NCBI RefSeq assembly: GCF_963921235.1
Contig: NC_086097.1
Location: 175,214,001 to 175,278,000 of the forward strand
Source of the DNA: Mobula hypostoma
Lineage: Eukaryota
Length of the DNA stretch: 64,000 nucleotides
Reading direction: 5' to 3'
The position numbers and the translations under genes are program-made. Positions 12,554-25,238 of the stretch are shown piece by piece. The notes beneath the pieces were generated by a model. That model was not told the DNA's origin. It searched no databases and saw only the letters and a list, made by a program, of their open reading frames with translations. Every line of letters begins with the position of its first letter. Position 1 is the stretch's first letter.

Positions 12554-14148
12554 AATCAGAATCAGGGTTTATTATCACCAGCATGTGTCATGAAATTTGT
12601 TAACTTAGCAGCAGCAGTTCAATGCAATACATAATATAGAAGAAAAAACAATAAATCAATTACAGTATATGTAGACACGAGGAAATCTGCACATGCTGGA
12701 AATTCAAGCAACACACAAAAAATGCTGGTGGAACGCAGCAGGCCAGGCAGCATCTATAGGAAGAGGTACAGTTGACGGTTCGGGCAGGGACCCTTCGTCC
12801 TGACGTATATGTATATTGAATAGATTAAAAATCATGCAAAAACATAAATAATATACCTTAAAAAAGTGAGGTAGTTTTCAAGGGTTCAATGTCCATTTAG
12901 AAATCGATTGGCAGAGGGGAAGCTGTTCCTGAATAGCTGAGTATGTGCCTTCAAGCTTCTGTACCTCCTACCTGATGGGCAGCATGAGAAAAGGGCATGC
13001 CCTGGGTGCTGGAAGTCCTCAATAAAGGATGCTGCCGTTCTCAGACACCGCTCCTTGAAGATGTCCTGGGTACTCTGTAGGCTAGTACCCAAGATGCAGC
13101 CAGCTAAACTTACAACCATCTGCAGCTTCCTTTGGTCCTGTGCAGTAGCCGCCCCCAGCCCCACCCCCACCCCCCGCCAATACCAGACAGTGATGCAGCC
13201 TATCAGACTGCTCTCCACGGTACATCTATAGACGATTTTGAGTGTATTTGTTGACATGCCAAATCTTCTCAAACTCCTAATGAAGTATAGTCACCGTCTT
13301 GCCTTCTTTATAACTGCATCAATATGTTGCGACCAGGTTAAACCCTCAAAGATCTTGACATCCAGGAACTTGAAACAGCTCTCACACTCCAATTCTGATC
13401 CCTCTATGAGAACTGGTATGTGTTCCTTCATCTTACCCTTTCTGAAGTCCACAATCAGCTCTTTCATTTTACTGACACTGAATGCCAGGTTGTTGCTGTG
13501 GCACCATTCCACTAGTTGGCTCACTCTTGTACGCCCTCACGTCACCCTCTGAGATTCTACCAACAATGGTTCTATCATCAGCAAATTTATAGATGGTGTC
13601 TGAGCTATGCCTAGCCACACAGTCAAGGGTATAAAGAGAGTAGAGCAGTGGGCTAAGTACACACCCAGCAGGTGCACCAGTATTGATTGTCAGCGAGGAA
13701 CAGATGTTATCACCAATCCACACAGATTGTGGTATTTTAGTTAGGAAGTTGAGAATCCAATTGCAGAGGGAGGTACAGAGACCGAGGTTATGTAACTTTT
13801 CAATCAGGATTGTGGGAATGATAGTATTAAATGCTGAGCTATAGTCGATGAACAGCATCCTGACATAGGTGCTTGAGTTGTCTAGGTGGTCTAAAGCTGT
13901 GTGAAAAGCCATTGAAATTGCATCTCCTGGTGACCTATTGTGGCGATAGGCAAAATGCAATGGGTCCAGGTCCTTGCTAAGGCAGGAGTTCAGTCCAGTC
14001 ATGACCAATCTCTCAAAGCATTTCATCACTGTAGATGTTAATGTTACTGGGTGTTAGTCATTAAGGCATCTCACATTCTTAGGCACTGGTATAATTGTTG
14101 CCTTTTTGAAGCAAGTGGGAACTTCCACCCGTAGCAGTGAGAGGTTGA
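12554..14148 (-). mobile_element. Rex1/Babar LINE, 5'-truncated, decayed RT
   Basis: ORFs with [35 protein letters not shown] and YKFADD. (CTGATT)n tail. Confidence 0.9.
12674..12804 (-). mobile_element. 131-bp solo Penelope terminus with a 9-bp TSD
   Basis: GTATATGTA occurs at 12665-12673 and 12805-12813. The insert consists only of the terminal repeat and a degenerate hammerhead. Confidence 0.8.
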
Positions 14149-15475
14149 CAGTGAGGAAGACTATTAAAGCTTATAGGGGAATCTGGGCCAGCTGGAAAAT
14201 GGCAGATGGAATTTAATGCAGACAAGTGTGCACACTGGGAGGACCAATCAGGGTAGGTCTTACACAGTGAGCAATTGGGCACAGAGGAGTGCGGTAGAAA
14301 AAGGAATCTGGGAATCTGGTCCATAACTCATCGAAAATGGCAGTACAGGTAGATAGAGTTGTTAAGAAAGCTTTTGGTACATTGGCATTCATAGATCAAA
14401 GTACTGAGTACAGAAGTTTGGATGTTATGTTGAAGTTGTATAAGATGTTGGTGAGGCCTACCGTTTGGAGTATCGTGTCCAGTTTTGTTCACCTACCTAC
14501 ATGAAAGATATAAATAAGAGAAAATTTACAACTGGAGAACCTGAGTTATAAGGAAATATTGAATAGTTTAGAACATTATTCACTAGAATGTAAAAGATTG
14601 AGGGGAGATCTGACAGAGGTATACAAAATAATGAGGAGCCGAAAAAAAAATCCGGTAAATGCAAGCAAGCTTCCCCCCCCACTGAGGTTGGTTGAGACTT
14701 CAACTAAAGGTCATGGGTTAAGGTGAAAGGTGAAATGTTTAAGGGTAATGTGAGGGGGAAGTTCTTCATTCAGAAGATGGTGAGGGTGTTGAATGAGCTG
14801 TCAGCGCAAGAGGTGGGTGCAATTTCGATTTCAATGTTTAAAAGGGGTACGTTGTTGGGACTAAGCAGTTTAAAAGCCTCGATATAGACTAAATGGTTGA
14901 AAGGATTTTTCTGTGCTGCGGTTTTTCATGACTCTACAAGTGGAGTAAAGGGAATTACAGAGGCACGAGGAGGAGTTGGCCCAACTTGATTAGAAGGTGA
15001 CACTCTGAGGGATGATGGCAGAACACCAATGGACAGTGTTTCTGGGGACAATTGAAAAACTGCAGGATAGCTACATCCCAAGGATGAAGTAGTATTCTAA
15101 AGGCAGGATGAGACAACTGTGGCTGACAAGGGAAGTCAAAGACAGCATAAAAGCAAAGAGAGAGCATTATTTTAAAAAAAAAAGCAAAAAAAGAGCGCTA
15201 GAAGATTGGGATGCTTTTAAAAACCAACAGAAGGCAACTAAAAAAATGAGATAAAATATGAAATATGAAGATAAGATGGCCATTAATATCAAAGCGGATA
15301 CCAAAAGGTTTTTCCCCAGATATATAAAGAGTAAAAGCGAGAAGAGAGTGGATATTGGACCACTGGAAAATGATGCTGAAGAGGTAGTAATGGGAGACAA
15401 AGAAGTGGGGGATGAACTTAATAAGTACTTTGTGTCATTCTTCACTGTGAAATATACTAGCAGTGTGCCAAAAAT

Positions 15476-15519
15476 TATATATGCGCACGCGTATATATAC
15501 ACACACACACACACACACG
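15476..15519. repeat. Alternating purine-pyrimidine tract ending in a (CA)n microsatellite
   Basis: tatatatgcgcacgcgtatatatacacacacacacacacacacg. Confidence 0.9.
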
Positions 15520-15999
15520 GAAAGACTTTGACAAAGTGCTGCACATGCGGTTGCTTAACAAGTTAAGAGCCATTCGTATTACAGAAAAGATACATGCATA
15601 GATAGATGATTGGCTGACTGGCAGGAGAATAAAGTGGGAATAAAAGTGGCCTTTCCTGGCTGCTGGTGACTAGTAGTAGGGAAGTGTAAGGTCATGCACT
15701 TCAGTAGAAGAAATAAAGACATAGTCCATTTTCTAAACAAGGAGAAATTTCAAAAATCAGAGGAACTGTGAGTCCTTGTGTAGGATTTCCTAGAGGTTAA
15801 CTTACAGGCTGAGTCAGTGCAAATGCAATGTTAGTAGTGAGAGTATATAAAAGCAAGAATGTAATGTTGAGGCTTTATAAGGCACTGCTGAGACCACATT
15901 TGTAGTAGTATTATGAACAGTCTTGGGACCCTTCCTCTAAGAAAAGATGTGCTAGAATTGGAGAGGATTCAAAGGAGGCTCACGAGAATGATTCCGGGA

Positions 16000-18900
16000 A
16001 GAAAGTTTAAAGTAAATTTATTATCAAACTACATGTATTTCACCATATACAACCCTGAGATTCATTTTCTTGTGGGCATACTCAATAAATCCATAATAGA
16101 AAGATAACCGTAACAGGATCAGTGAAAGACTTGAGTGTTCAACCAGTGTGCAAAAGACAACAAATTGTGCAAATACAGAAAGAAAGAAATAATACATAAA
16201 TAAATAAGTAATAAATGTCGAGAACATGAGATGAAGAGTCCTTGAAAGTGAGTCCACAGGTTGTGGGAACATTTCAATGATAAAGCAAGTAAAGTTAAGT
16301 GAAGTTATCTCCTTTGGTTCAAGAGCCTGATGGTTAAGGGGTAATAACCGTTACTGAGAATATGGTGCAAGGCCTGAGGTTCCTGCAGCAGCAAGAAGAG
16401 CTCATGACCTTAGTGGTAGAGTCCTTGATGATGGATGCCGCTTTCCTGCGACAATGCTCCACGTAGACAGGTTCAATGGTGGGGAGGGCTTTACCCAATG
16501 ATGGTCTGGGCTGTATCAACTAGTTTTCCTAGTACTTTTCCTTTCAAGGGCGTTGGTGTTTTCATACCAGGCTGTGAGGCAGCCAGTCAATATACTCTCC
16601 ATCACACATCTATAGCAGTTTGACAAAGTTTTAGATGTCATGCCAAAATTTTGCAAGATCCTAAGTAAGTAGAGGCACTGTTGTGCTTTCTTCATAACTG
16701 CACTTGCGCACTGGGCCCAGAAAAGGTCCTCTGAAATGATAACACTGAGGAATTTAAAGTTGTTGACCCTTTCCACCTCTGGTTTCCTCCTTCTGAAATC
16801 AGTAATCAGCTCCTCGGTCTTGCTGACATGAGCAAGAGGCTGTTGTTGTGGCACCACTCAGCCAGATTTTCAACCTCCCACTTACATGCTAATTTGTTAC
16901 CACTTTTGATTCGGCCTACAACAGCGGTGTCATCAGCAAACTTCAATATTGGAGCTGTACTTAGCCACACAGTCATAAGTGTAGAGCCAGTAGAGCAGGG
17001 ATTATGCACACGGCCTTGTGGCACACCAGTGCTGATGGAGACTGTGGAGGAGATGTTGCCAATTCAAACTGACTGGGGTCTGCAAGTGAGGAAATACAGG
17101 ATACAATTGCACCAGGCAGTACTGAAGCCAAGGTCTTGAAGCTTATTGATTAGTTTTGAGGGGATGATAGTATTGAATGCTGAGCTATAGTCGATAAAGA
17201 TCATGTTGATGTGTGCTGTACAGATGTTCCAGGGTTGAGTGAACAGCCAATGAGATGGCATTTGTGGTGGACCTGTTGTATCAGTTGGCAAACTGGAGTG
17301 GATCCAAGTCACTTCTTAGGCAGGAGTTGATATGTTCCATTACCAACCTCTCAAAATATTTCATCACTGTGGATGTAAGTGCTACTGGATGATAGTCACT
17401 GAGGGTTAACACATTCTTCTTGGGCACTGCAGTAAGTGAAGCCTGCTTGAAGCACTGCTGAAGCGAGTGGTTAAAGATCTCGCTGAACACTCCGGCCAAT
17501 TATCAGTACAGGGCCTTTCGTACTTGGTTAGGTACCCCACCAGATGCTTTTCATGGGTTCATCCCCCGAAAGGCAGATCGCATGTTGTCCTCAGAGAATG
17601 AAATCACAGTATCATCAAGGGCTGTGAGAGTTTGTGATGGTTACTCTATTTTGACAGTCAAAGCAAGCATAGAAGGCATTGAGCTCATCTGGAAGTGAAG
17701 ACCTGTTGTCGCCAATGTCGCTTGATTTTACTTTACAGAAGATGATAGCATTCAAGCCCTTTCACAACTTCATGCACCCTCTGCTGATTCAAATGTTACA
17801 TACCCCATGGGTATCTTGTGACTGTCTTATGAGTATGATGTAATGGTCTTGCGGAGGTCACATGATGTAATTTTCCCACCAGTGAGGTCACATGATGACC
17901 GAGTCTCAACAGGTATAAAGGAGACCCCTGTTGTGACGCAGTTAGTTTTCAGTTTAGTTTTGTGTTAGTTCGTCAGTTACTCCGTTATGCTGCGTATGCA
18001 TCATGACGCAGTTTCGTTTTAAAATGGAGTTTTCCTTTCTATTTTAAGGTGCAAAGTTTGGTGCTGGCAGTTTCGCCAATTGCTGCCAGGTTTGTGTGTT
18101 GCATCTATAATTTTCCCTTTTCAGTAGTATTGGAGAGTGAAGACTTTATTAAAGGACGGGAACCTGAAGGATCGGAATAATGTTGGAGTCGTTCGGCGGT
18201 TTAATGAAGGATCGACCTTATTGAGGATTCTTTCATGGATAGCGACCTGCATCTGAGATAACTCCTACAAGAGTGGGGAAGTTGTGCAGTGTTCACTCGT
18301 CAGGAAACGGTCAGTTCCTTTAAGCCGTATTAATTCCTTCGTCGTGAATCCTTTTGAGAATCAGCAGTAACATCACGTCTTTGAAGAAATCCGTTTCCAG
18401 AGAAGTCTTTCCTTATTGACTGTGTAAATCACCTGGACTTTCGAATTTACCATTTTAAGACTGGGTTCAAATTTACCACTTTAAGAACCGTTTCACTACT
18501 TACCCTTTTAAGAACTGTTCCAGAGTTGCCGTATAGCAATTAACTTCTGGTTATGTTAGTCGTTTGAATACCTTTTGCTATTATTGAGCAGAGTTTAATA
18601 AATGTTTATGTTTGTTTATAAACACTGCCTCAATTGATAATTCATTGTTGCTGATCACATGACACAAATTTGGTCCAGAATTGCCACTTTGCTCATGAGA
18701 TGGCTTTCTAGAGACCGTAAATGGACCTCTGGTAACTTTCTTAGTCATCAGACATGAATATCCCTGATCTGGCCCTCAAAAGATTGCAGATCTCATGGTT
18801 CATTAAGGGCTTCTGGTCCAGGAAGACCGATGTTGAGGGCACACACTCATCTACAACTGTTTTTATAAAGTCTGTGACAACCATGATGCATTCATTCAGA

Positions 18901-19062
18901 TCCACAGATGAGTCATTGAACATGGCCCAGTCCACCAACTAAAGCAATTACATATCTGCTACGTTGCCTCCCACGGCCCCCTCTTTGCTGTCCTAATCTT
19001 TGGAGCCTTGCTCTTTAGCCTCTCTCTGTTTGCAGGCAGAAGGACAGCCAAGTGATCAGATC
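16000..19062 (-). mobile_element. Rex1/Babar LINE, decayed, interrupted by a solo LTR
   Basis: ORFs with [33 protein letters not shown] and LKFADDTAVVG. Confidence 0.9.
17794..18664 (+). mobile_element. Solo LTR (Gypsy-like, 871 bp)
   Basis: TGTTAC...ATGACA termini with a 4-bp TSD CAAA on both sides. TATAAA near 17914 and AATAAA at 18597-18602. The host LINE reads through once it is removed. Confidence 0.85.
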
Positions 19063-19519
19063 AGAAAGGGTTAACATAGGAGGAGCGTTTGATTGCTCTG
19101 GCCCTATACCCACTGGAGTTTAGAAGAATGAGACAGGAATCTCATTAAAACCTAAGAAATGTTGAAAGGTCTAGATAGAGTGAATGTGGCAATGTTTTCT
19201 ATAGTGGGTCTCAGACCAGAGGACACAGCCTCAGCAGACAAGGACGTCTCTTTAGAATAGAGATGAGGAAGAATTTCTTTTGCCACAGTGTGGTGAATCT
19301 GTGGAATTCATTGCCATAGACAGCTGTATAGGCCAAGTCATTGAGTATATTTAAAGTGGAGGTTGATTAAGTTCTTATTTAATCAGGGCATCAAAAGGTT
19401 ATGGGGAGAAAGCAGGAGAATGGGGTTGAAAGGAATAATAAATCAGTTATGATGAAATAATGAAGCGGACTCGAATAGGCTGTGGTCTAATTCTGCTCCT
19501 GTGTCTCATGGCCTCTCAT

Positions 19520-20110
19520 TCATCTTATTTATTCTTCTTATGATTTTATACACTTCTGTAAAGTCATCTTTGGCCTCCTACACTCCAGGGGAAAAAGCCC
19601 CAGCCTATCCAGTCTCTCCTTGTAACTCATACCTTCTGGTCCTGGTAATATCCTTGTGAATTTTTCTGCATCCTTTCTTGCTTAATGACATCTTTCTTAT
19701 GTAACCAGAGTGGAACACAATATTCCAAGTGGGGTTTCATCAATATCTTGCACAGCTGCAATGTGGCATCCCAATTCTTGTACTCAAATGTTCTGACTGA
19801 TGAAGGCAAATGCTTTCTTCACTACAGTCCATCTGTTTCACCACTTTCAGGAAACTATGTACTTGTACACCTTGATTTCTTTTCTACAACACTCCCCAAA
19901 GCCCCATCATTTACTGCACAAGCCTTGCACAGGTTTAACTTATCAAAATACAACACTTCACCCTTATTTGTGTTATATTCCACCTGCTAGTCCCTGGCCA
20001 TTTCCCCAGTTGATCCAGATGCAGAAGAAATCTTACTCAACCTTCTTTACTGCCCACTACACCATTAATTTTGATGTCATATGCAAATTTACAAACCTCA
20101 CCAATTATAT
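19520..20110 (-). mobile_element. CR1 LINE fragment
   Basis: KILMKPHLEYCVPLW and KFAYDIKI peptides. Confidence 0.75.
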
Positions 20111-21342
20111 TCTGAAACAAGTCACAAACATAGATGATGCACAAATGAAAATTATTGTATGGTACATTAAGAAACTGTTGAACTAATCTTAGAAGTAAAA
20201 TCTGATAGACTGGAAAATCTGCCAGTCCAGCATATCCCAAGACTACCAGATAATTGGGGTTTTAAATCTGCAGTAACATCCAGAGCTCAACTTTGCAACC
20301 AAAAGAAATGCTAATTCTCATCCACAGAAGTAATTAGCCGATTACCTCTGCCGCATTTTGGAGGCTGTGGGTATTTTCTGCTGCAGTTCTTTATTGTTAT
20401 AGCTAGGAGTGGGAGTAGGGATAAGCTCCCACAACCCATTAAATGCTCCTAGTGGTATGCATTTCTGACAACCAAGTCTAGCTCCTGGCCTTCACACATG
20501 GATTAACTACTAAGACCAATAGAAGCATTTCTACTGATGGGAGAAGGGTCAAAGGCAGATTACTGGCACCTTAACGCTAGCTGCTTTGGGCAGATGGGGC
20601 TCATCCAAGAGAAGGAAAACTGATCTCAAGCCTCCACTGCCTTGAGGCCTTGCTCACTCTTGGGAAAGGCCTCGGGAGTAAACACTGAGGAGAAATCCGG
20701 GGATGGAGTCCCTAAGGCAGTCCAACATTGAGTTCAACACTGACTGGCAACTCCAGCAATGCCACTGGTGCCAAACAGTATTGATCTGTGCTGATCCTTT
20801 GGATTCATCAGCTGCGCAGAGAGGGGAAGCCTTTACATGGGCAACAGCTTGCTGTCCATATCATACTGCCTTGGCATGCATATCACAGACAGTTGGGATG
20901 TAATATCCATGGTCAACGCGGATAAGTGGAAATCCTCAAAGTATTGCTGCAAAGGGTAACATTTGCCTCTCAAGGAGGTGATGCCCAACTGCTCTTTTGG
21001 TCAATTGCACTGGGAAAGTGTTAGACCCAGCCATGGTGAATGAACAATGATAGTTGCAAGCAAAGGTGACATGCAATTTGGAATGAAGTCTGCAGGGAAA
21101 GGTGGCTCCCATGTGTCTGCTGACCCAGTTTTACCTGTTAGTTGAGATTGCGGGCTTGGCAGGAATTGTGAGTAGCCTCAACAAATAAATGCAGTACATT
21201 TTGCAGATAGCACAGAGTGCAAGCATGGAGTACAACTGGAAGTGAATTCTGTGATTCAATTCCCTGCTATTTTCACATTTGCAGAATTAAACCATTGGTT
21301 TATTATTGTCACATGTGTAGTGTAAAACTTTGATGTTGCAAT

Positions 21343-21938
21343 ATGAAACTAAAGAAATTTGGCCTGTCCCCTAAAACCCTCACTAATTTTTATAGATGCA
21401 TCGTAGAAAGCATTCTTCTAGGGTGCATCACAACCTGGTATGGAAGTTGTCCTGTCCAAGACCGGAAGAAGCTGCAGGAGATCGTGAACACGGCGCAGCA
21501 CATCACACAAACCAATCTTCCGTCCTTGGACTCACTTTACACCGCACGTTGTCAGAGCAGTGCTGCCAGGATAAACAAGGACACGACCCATCCAGCCAAC
21601 ACATTTTTTGTCCCTCTTCCCAACCGGGAGAAGGCTCAGGAGCTTGAAGACTCGTACGGCCAGATTTGGGAACAGCTTCTTCCCAACTGTGATAAGACTG
21701 CTGAACGGATCCTGACGCGGATCTGGGCCGTACCCTCCAAATATCCGGACCTGCGTATCGTTTTTTTTTTGCACTATCTTACTTTCCATTTTTCTATTTC
21801 TATTTATGATTTATAATTTAAATTTTTAATATTTACTATCGATTTGTAATTCAGGGAGCAGGAAGCGCAGAATCAAATACCGCTGTGATGATTGTACGCT
21901 TTAGTATCAATTGTTTGGCGACAATAAAGTATAAAGTA
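21343..21938 (+). mobile_element. Young Rex1/Babar LINE 3' fragment
   Basis: ORF KLKKFGLSPKTLTNFYRCIVESILLGCITTWYG, followed by a gacaataaagtataaagta tail. Confidence 0.88.
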
Positions 21939-23396
21939 TGGTCTGAATATATGGCAGAGGTGGTACAAAAGAAAAGCAGAAGAGACCTCTAGAGCTAATG
22001 GGGAAACTACAGTTATTTATGTCTTTTTAGCCTGGGTGCAATCTGTGAGCTGGCCACCAAACTTGGGCACAATCTATTGTTCCGTAATTAAAATGTCTCA
22101 ATTCTACATTACTCCCCGAACCACTGAAGACATATTACTTCTGCAATGCTATTACCAAAAGCCTCTGCTGCTTGTGATAGCTGAACTGCCCTCCTGTGAA
22201 TACAAAAACTCAAAATAACCAATCCCTGCAGTAGAGAAATCCAAATACTGTAAATATGAAAACATCTGCAGGAGACAACTACAGCATGATTTCTCATGGC
22301 TCAAGGTATGTGCAATACTAAAAGTACTTCTGCTAATCCACCTCATTCACGTCCTTCCTTAATGCTAGTCTATTGAATGTTCATATATAGTAGCTTACCA
22401 CATTAAAGGAAAATAATTTCATTGCTAAAAATAATGAAAAGATTTTTTTTTTTTAAACATTGTTTTGGCACTAGGGACTAGTTGTAGAATTTGTAATCCC
22501 CTTGACAAATTAACAAACTCCCAATACAATTTGATACATAATTGTACTTGCATCAGTGCAGACTGAACAAGTACAAGTAAATATTATATTAATAATGATC
22601 TTTTAACTCTATGAATTCATTCAAATCGACTACAATCTATGTGAACACGAAGCCCCAGGCTGGAGGTAATGATGCAGTTGTCAGTATTGACAGACTGGAA
22701 GGCTTTAAAAAGGTGGAAGTTTCTTGGGAGAACCTCTCTTTGCCCATGAAATGGAGATCAAAACAGCTGGGAATTCCAAACTAGCACATGGCACAGCTGC
22801 AAGCATAACAGTCCAGTTACCTCAGCTCCACTAGTTTATAGAGTTTTGGGTATTGAAGGGAGTATTGGTAGTTTCTGGCTTAAATCCAGACAGTTGTTTT
22901 CCCAATGACTGGAAACTTCTCAGCTTGCTTTAATTCTGCAATGGAATCTGAAATCACCAGATCAATCAAATCCAGTAATTTTTCTTCATTTATTGCTTCC
23001 TAATTTTAGTTTTATTTTCTTCCACTATCCAAATGCTAATATCTCCCACTCCTGCAGAAATGTGATTTGCTTTCACAACATACTGTCGAAGAGGACATGG
23101 CAAAGTTTGCCTATTTCTCCAGTTCTAATCGACCGAACTGAGCTGTCCTTTTGGTGGGTCTAGAGTTTCATATACAGGCTAATCCAAATAGAATACAAAA
23201 CAGACACAGGTCATTCGGCCCATGATATGATGTGAAATTAATCTAAATCTCCTCTCACTGCGCATGATCAATATTCTTCCATTACATAACTATTTAAAAG
23301 ACTCGAACTACACAATCATATCCGCTTCCACCATCCGCCCTGGCAGCTGATTCTAGGCATCTGCACTGCAAACAGTGCAGGCAAAAGTACAAGTTA

Positions 23397-23636
23397 CAGT
23401 ACCTTTTAAAAGTACTCATCCCCCAACCCTTTGTTCATATAAATGAGTATTACAACCAGGAATTTTGATCTATTTAATTGAAAATTTGTATTTGTGAATC
23501 ACATGCTCTTCTTTAAAAAATTATAGTGGAGCCCAAGTATCAGGGAAAATTGTAGAGCACAAAAAACTAAAAATTAATAAACTGAAATGTCAGCAGTTCA
23601 AAAGTATTCAACCCCCTTTGATCAGTAATTAGTTGA
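23397..23636. mobile_element. Tc1 transposon terminal fragment (same family as 56997-57863)
   Basis: TA|CAGTACCTTTTAAAAGTA terminus. Clear similarity to 56997-57240. Confidence 0.7.
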
Positions 23637-24566
23637 TGCAATCGGCACTGATCTGGGCCGACAATTACGTGCCGGGTGGCAACTAATTAATTAGCATGTT
23701 TATTTCGGCTTTTTTCTTAAAGATGTGCCATGTGTCTCCTGGCTACTGCTGCATTCTCTGCGAATCGGTATCTGTCTGCGACCTGGGGGTTGGGGTGGTG
23801 GGACACTGGGGTGTCATCTCATCGTTGTGTTTCCATTAGAGCAGGCAGCTCATCTTCTCCTATGTCTGCCTGCCTCGATGTTGAAGGTCGAGGTTCGTTG
23901 TCTGCTGTGGCTGATGTGGAAAGCTTGCTTGACTGCAAAGCCTCGCGCATTTTTCTATCATACAGTTCTTTGTAAGCACTCAAACCATCCTGCAAATATT
24001 CCCTAAACCGACGTACCCTTTCAAAATTAAAGTCGTACTTTATCATTGCAGCGAAAATCTCACGCAGTTCCTTCACTTTTGTTACTGCATTCGGTTTCGA
24101 TTGTTATCCTTTCCTCTTCCAATTACATCAGCTCTTCATCTATCAGTTCTTGGTCATGGGATGCCAAAACCTCTTCAACATCATCTTCGTCAGCTTCCAC
24201 AAACCAAACTCACTTAGTCCTTACTTCGTTCACCACGATCAAAACACTTAATTATATCTAGTTTTACGCTAAGTGTAACACCCTTACCAGCTCTTTCAGG
24301 TTTTTCCGATACCTTAGAACGCATCTTGCAAAAGGCTGCTCACAGGCATGTGTTTAAGCAATGCCGGCAAGAATGCAGTTCCGAATCCGGGGGAGAGCGG
24401 CTGCTCGGGGCACGCGCTGCCTTTTATTGCACGCTGATTTCTTTCGTGTGCTACTTTTTTCATAACAGTGAAAACACCTTCTGTTAGCGAAAACAGGTAA
24501 CTAATGTAGGTCTTTCGTAACAGTGAGGTTTCATAAAGCAAACGTTCGAAAAGCGGGGGACACCTG
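23637..24566 (-). mobile_element. Tigger/pogo-type DNA transposon derivative
   Basis: Terminus CAGGTGTCCCCCGCTTTTCG next to a TA. C-terminal transposase remnant KELREIF...LSAYKELYDRKMREA. CpG-rich. Confidence 0.75.
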
Positions 24567-25113
24567 TATCTCACTCTGTACAGCAGAGCACAGATACTAA
24601 TACAGTGCTTGCTTAGGCATAATCAGAAAAATAAAATTAACCTTGCACTTTGATGATTTCCTGTATTTATAAACTAGCATCAAAAATCATGATTTAAAAA
24701 ACAAAAATTAAACCAAAATATTTTTGTAAGTTTACTCTTCAGACTCAGCTGCATTCATTTGCAAATTAGGCATGGAGTGCACAAGAATTTATAATAAGCA
24801 TTTTTCTAAGTACTTGGTTTGACAGCACCCCATGATCAAAATGCAGTTCCCATTAGCATTGCTTAAAAATAGAACAATGCAAGTGTGAGATTTTTCCTAT
24901 ACTAATGACGTACGCAATCACTCTTCTGCGAACTGCATCACATGGGCAGATCACATGGTCCCTGTTGAATTCATCACTGTTTGAATACATGTTGACTATA
25001 CAAGTGCACAAAAGGCAGCAGACAACCCCATCATTGTGCTCAGTGTGTTACCTTGCATAGGAGTGTGAAGGGCACGGGAGGGGAGCTCAGCAACAATAGC
25101 CAGGGTTACTAAC

Positions 25114-25238
25114 CTTCTGAGCTTCTGTAACAGTCTCCTCGGGCTGCACGGCTGGAGCAGGTTCTTCTGCTGTCCAATTACCCCATTCTTCTGTTGGGGC
25201 GTTCCAGTCTGAGCTTGGATCAGCTGTCGAAATTCCAT
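25114..25238 (-). CDS. MTDH: Metadherin coding exon with the SND1-binding motif (125 nt, phase 1-0): (N)GISTADPSSDWNAPTEEWGNWTAEEPAPAVQPEETVTEAQK
   Basis: tttttcctag|AT acceptor and AAG|gttagt donor. ADPxSDWNAPxEEWGNW is the MTDH hallmark motif. Confidence 0.97.

Larger units (their letters stand above)
12310..14940 (+). mobile_element. CR1 LINE RT/3' fragment split by a Rex1 insertion (12554-14148)
   Basis: FVDNTKIG (FADDTK-like) on the left continues as gacagtgaggaaga... on the right. The CR1 3' end is near 14935. Confidence 0.8.
14940..19520 (+). mobile_element. Internally deleted CR1 LINE split by a Rex1 insertion (~16000-19062)
   Basis: ORF 15258..15566 (RVDIGPLEND...LNKYFVSFFT). ERIQRRLTRMIPG on the left continues as gaaagggttaacataggagg at 19064. 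Confidence 0.8.

Noticed and set aside
20400..20930. GC-richer segment as an exon or ncRNA
   Set aside because: It looks like an old interspersed repeat, has no splice-consistent frame, and its family could not be assigned.
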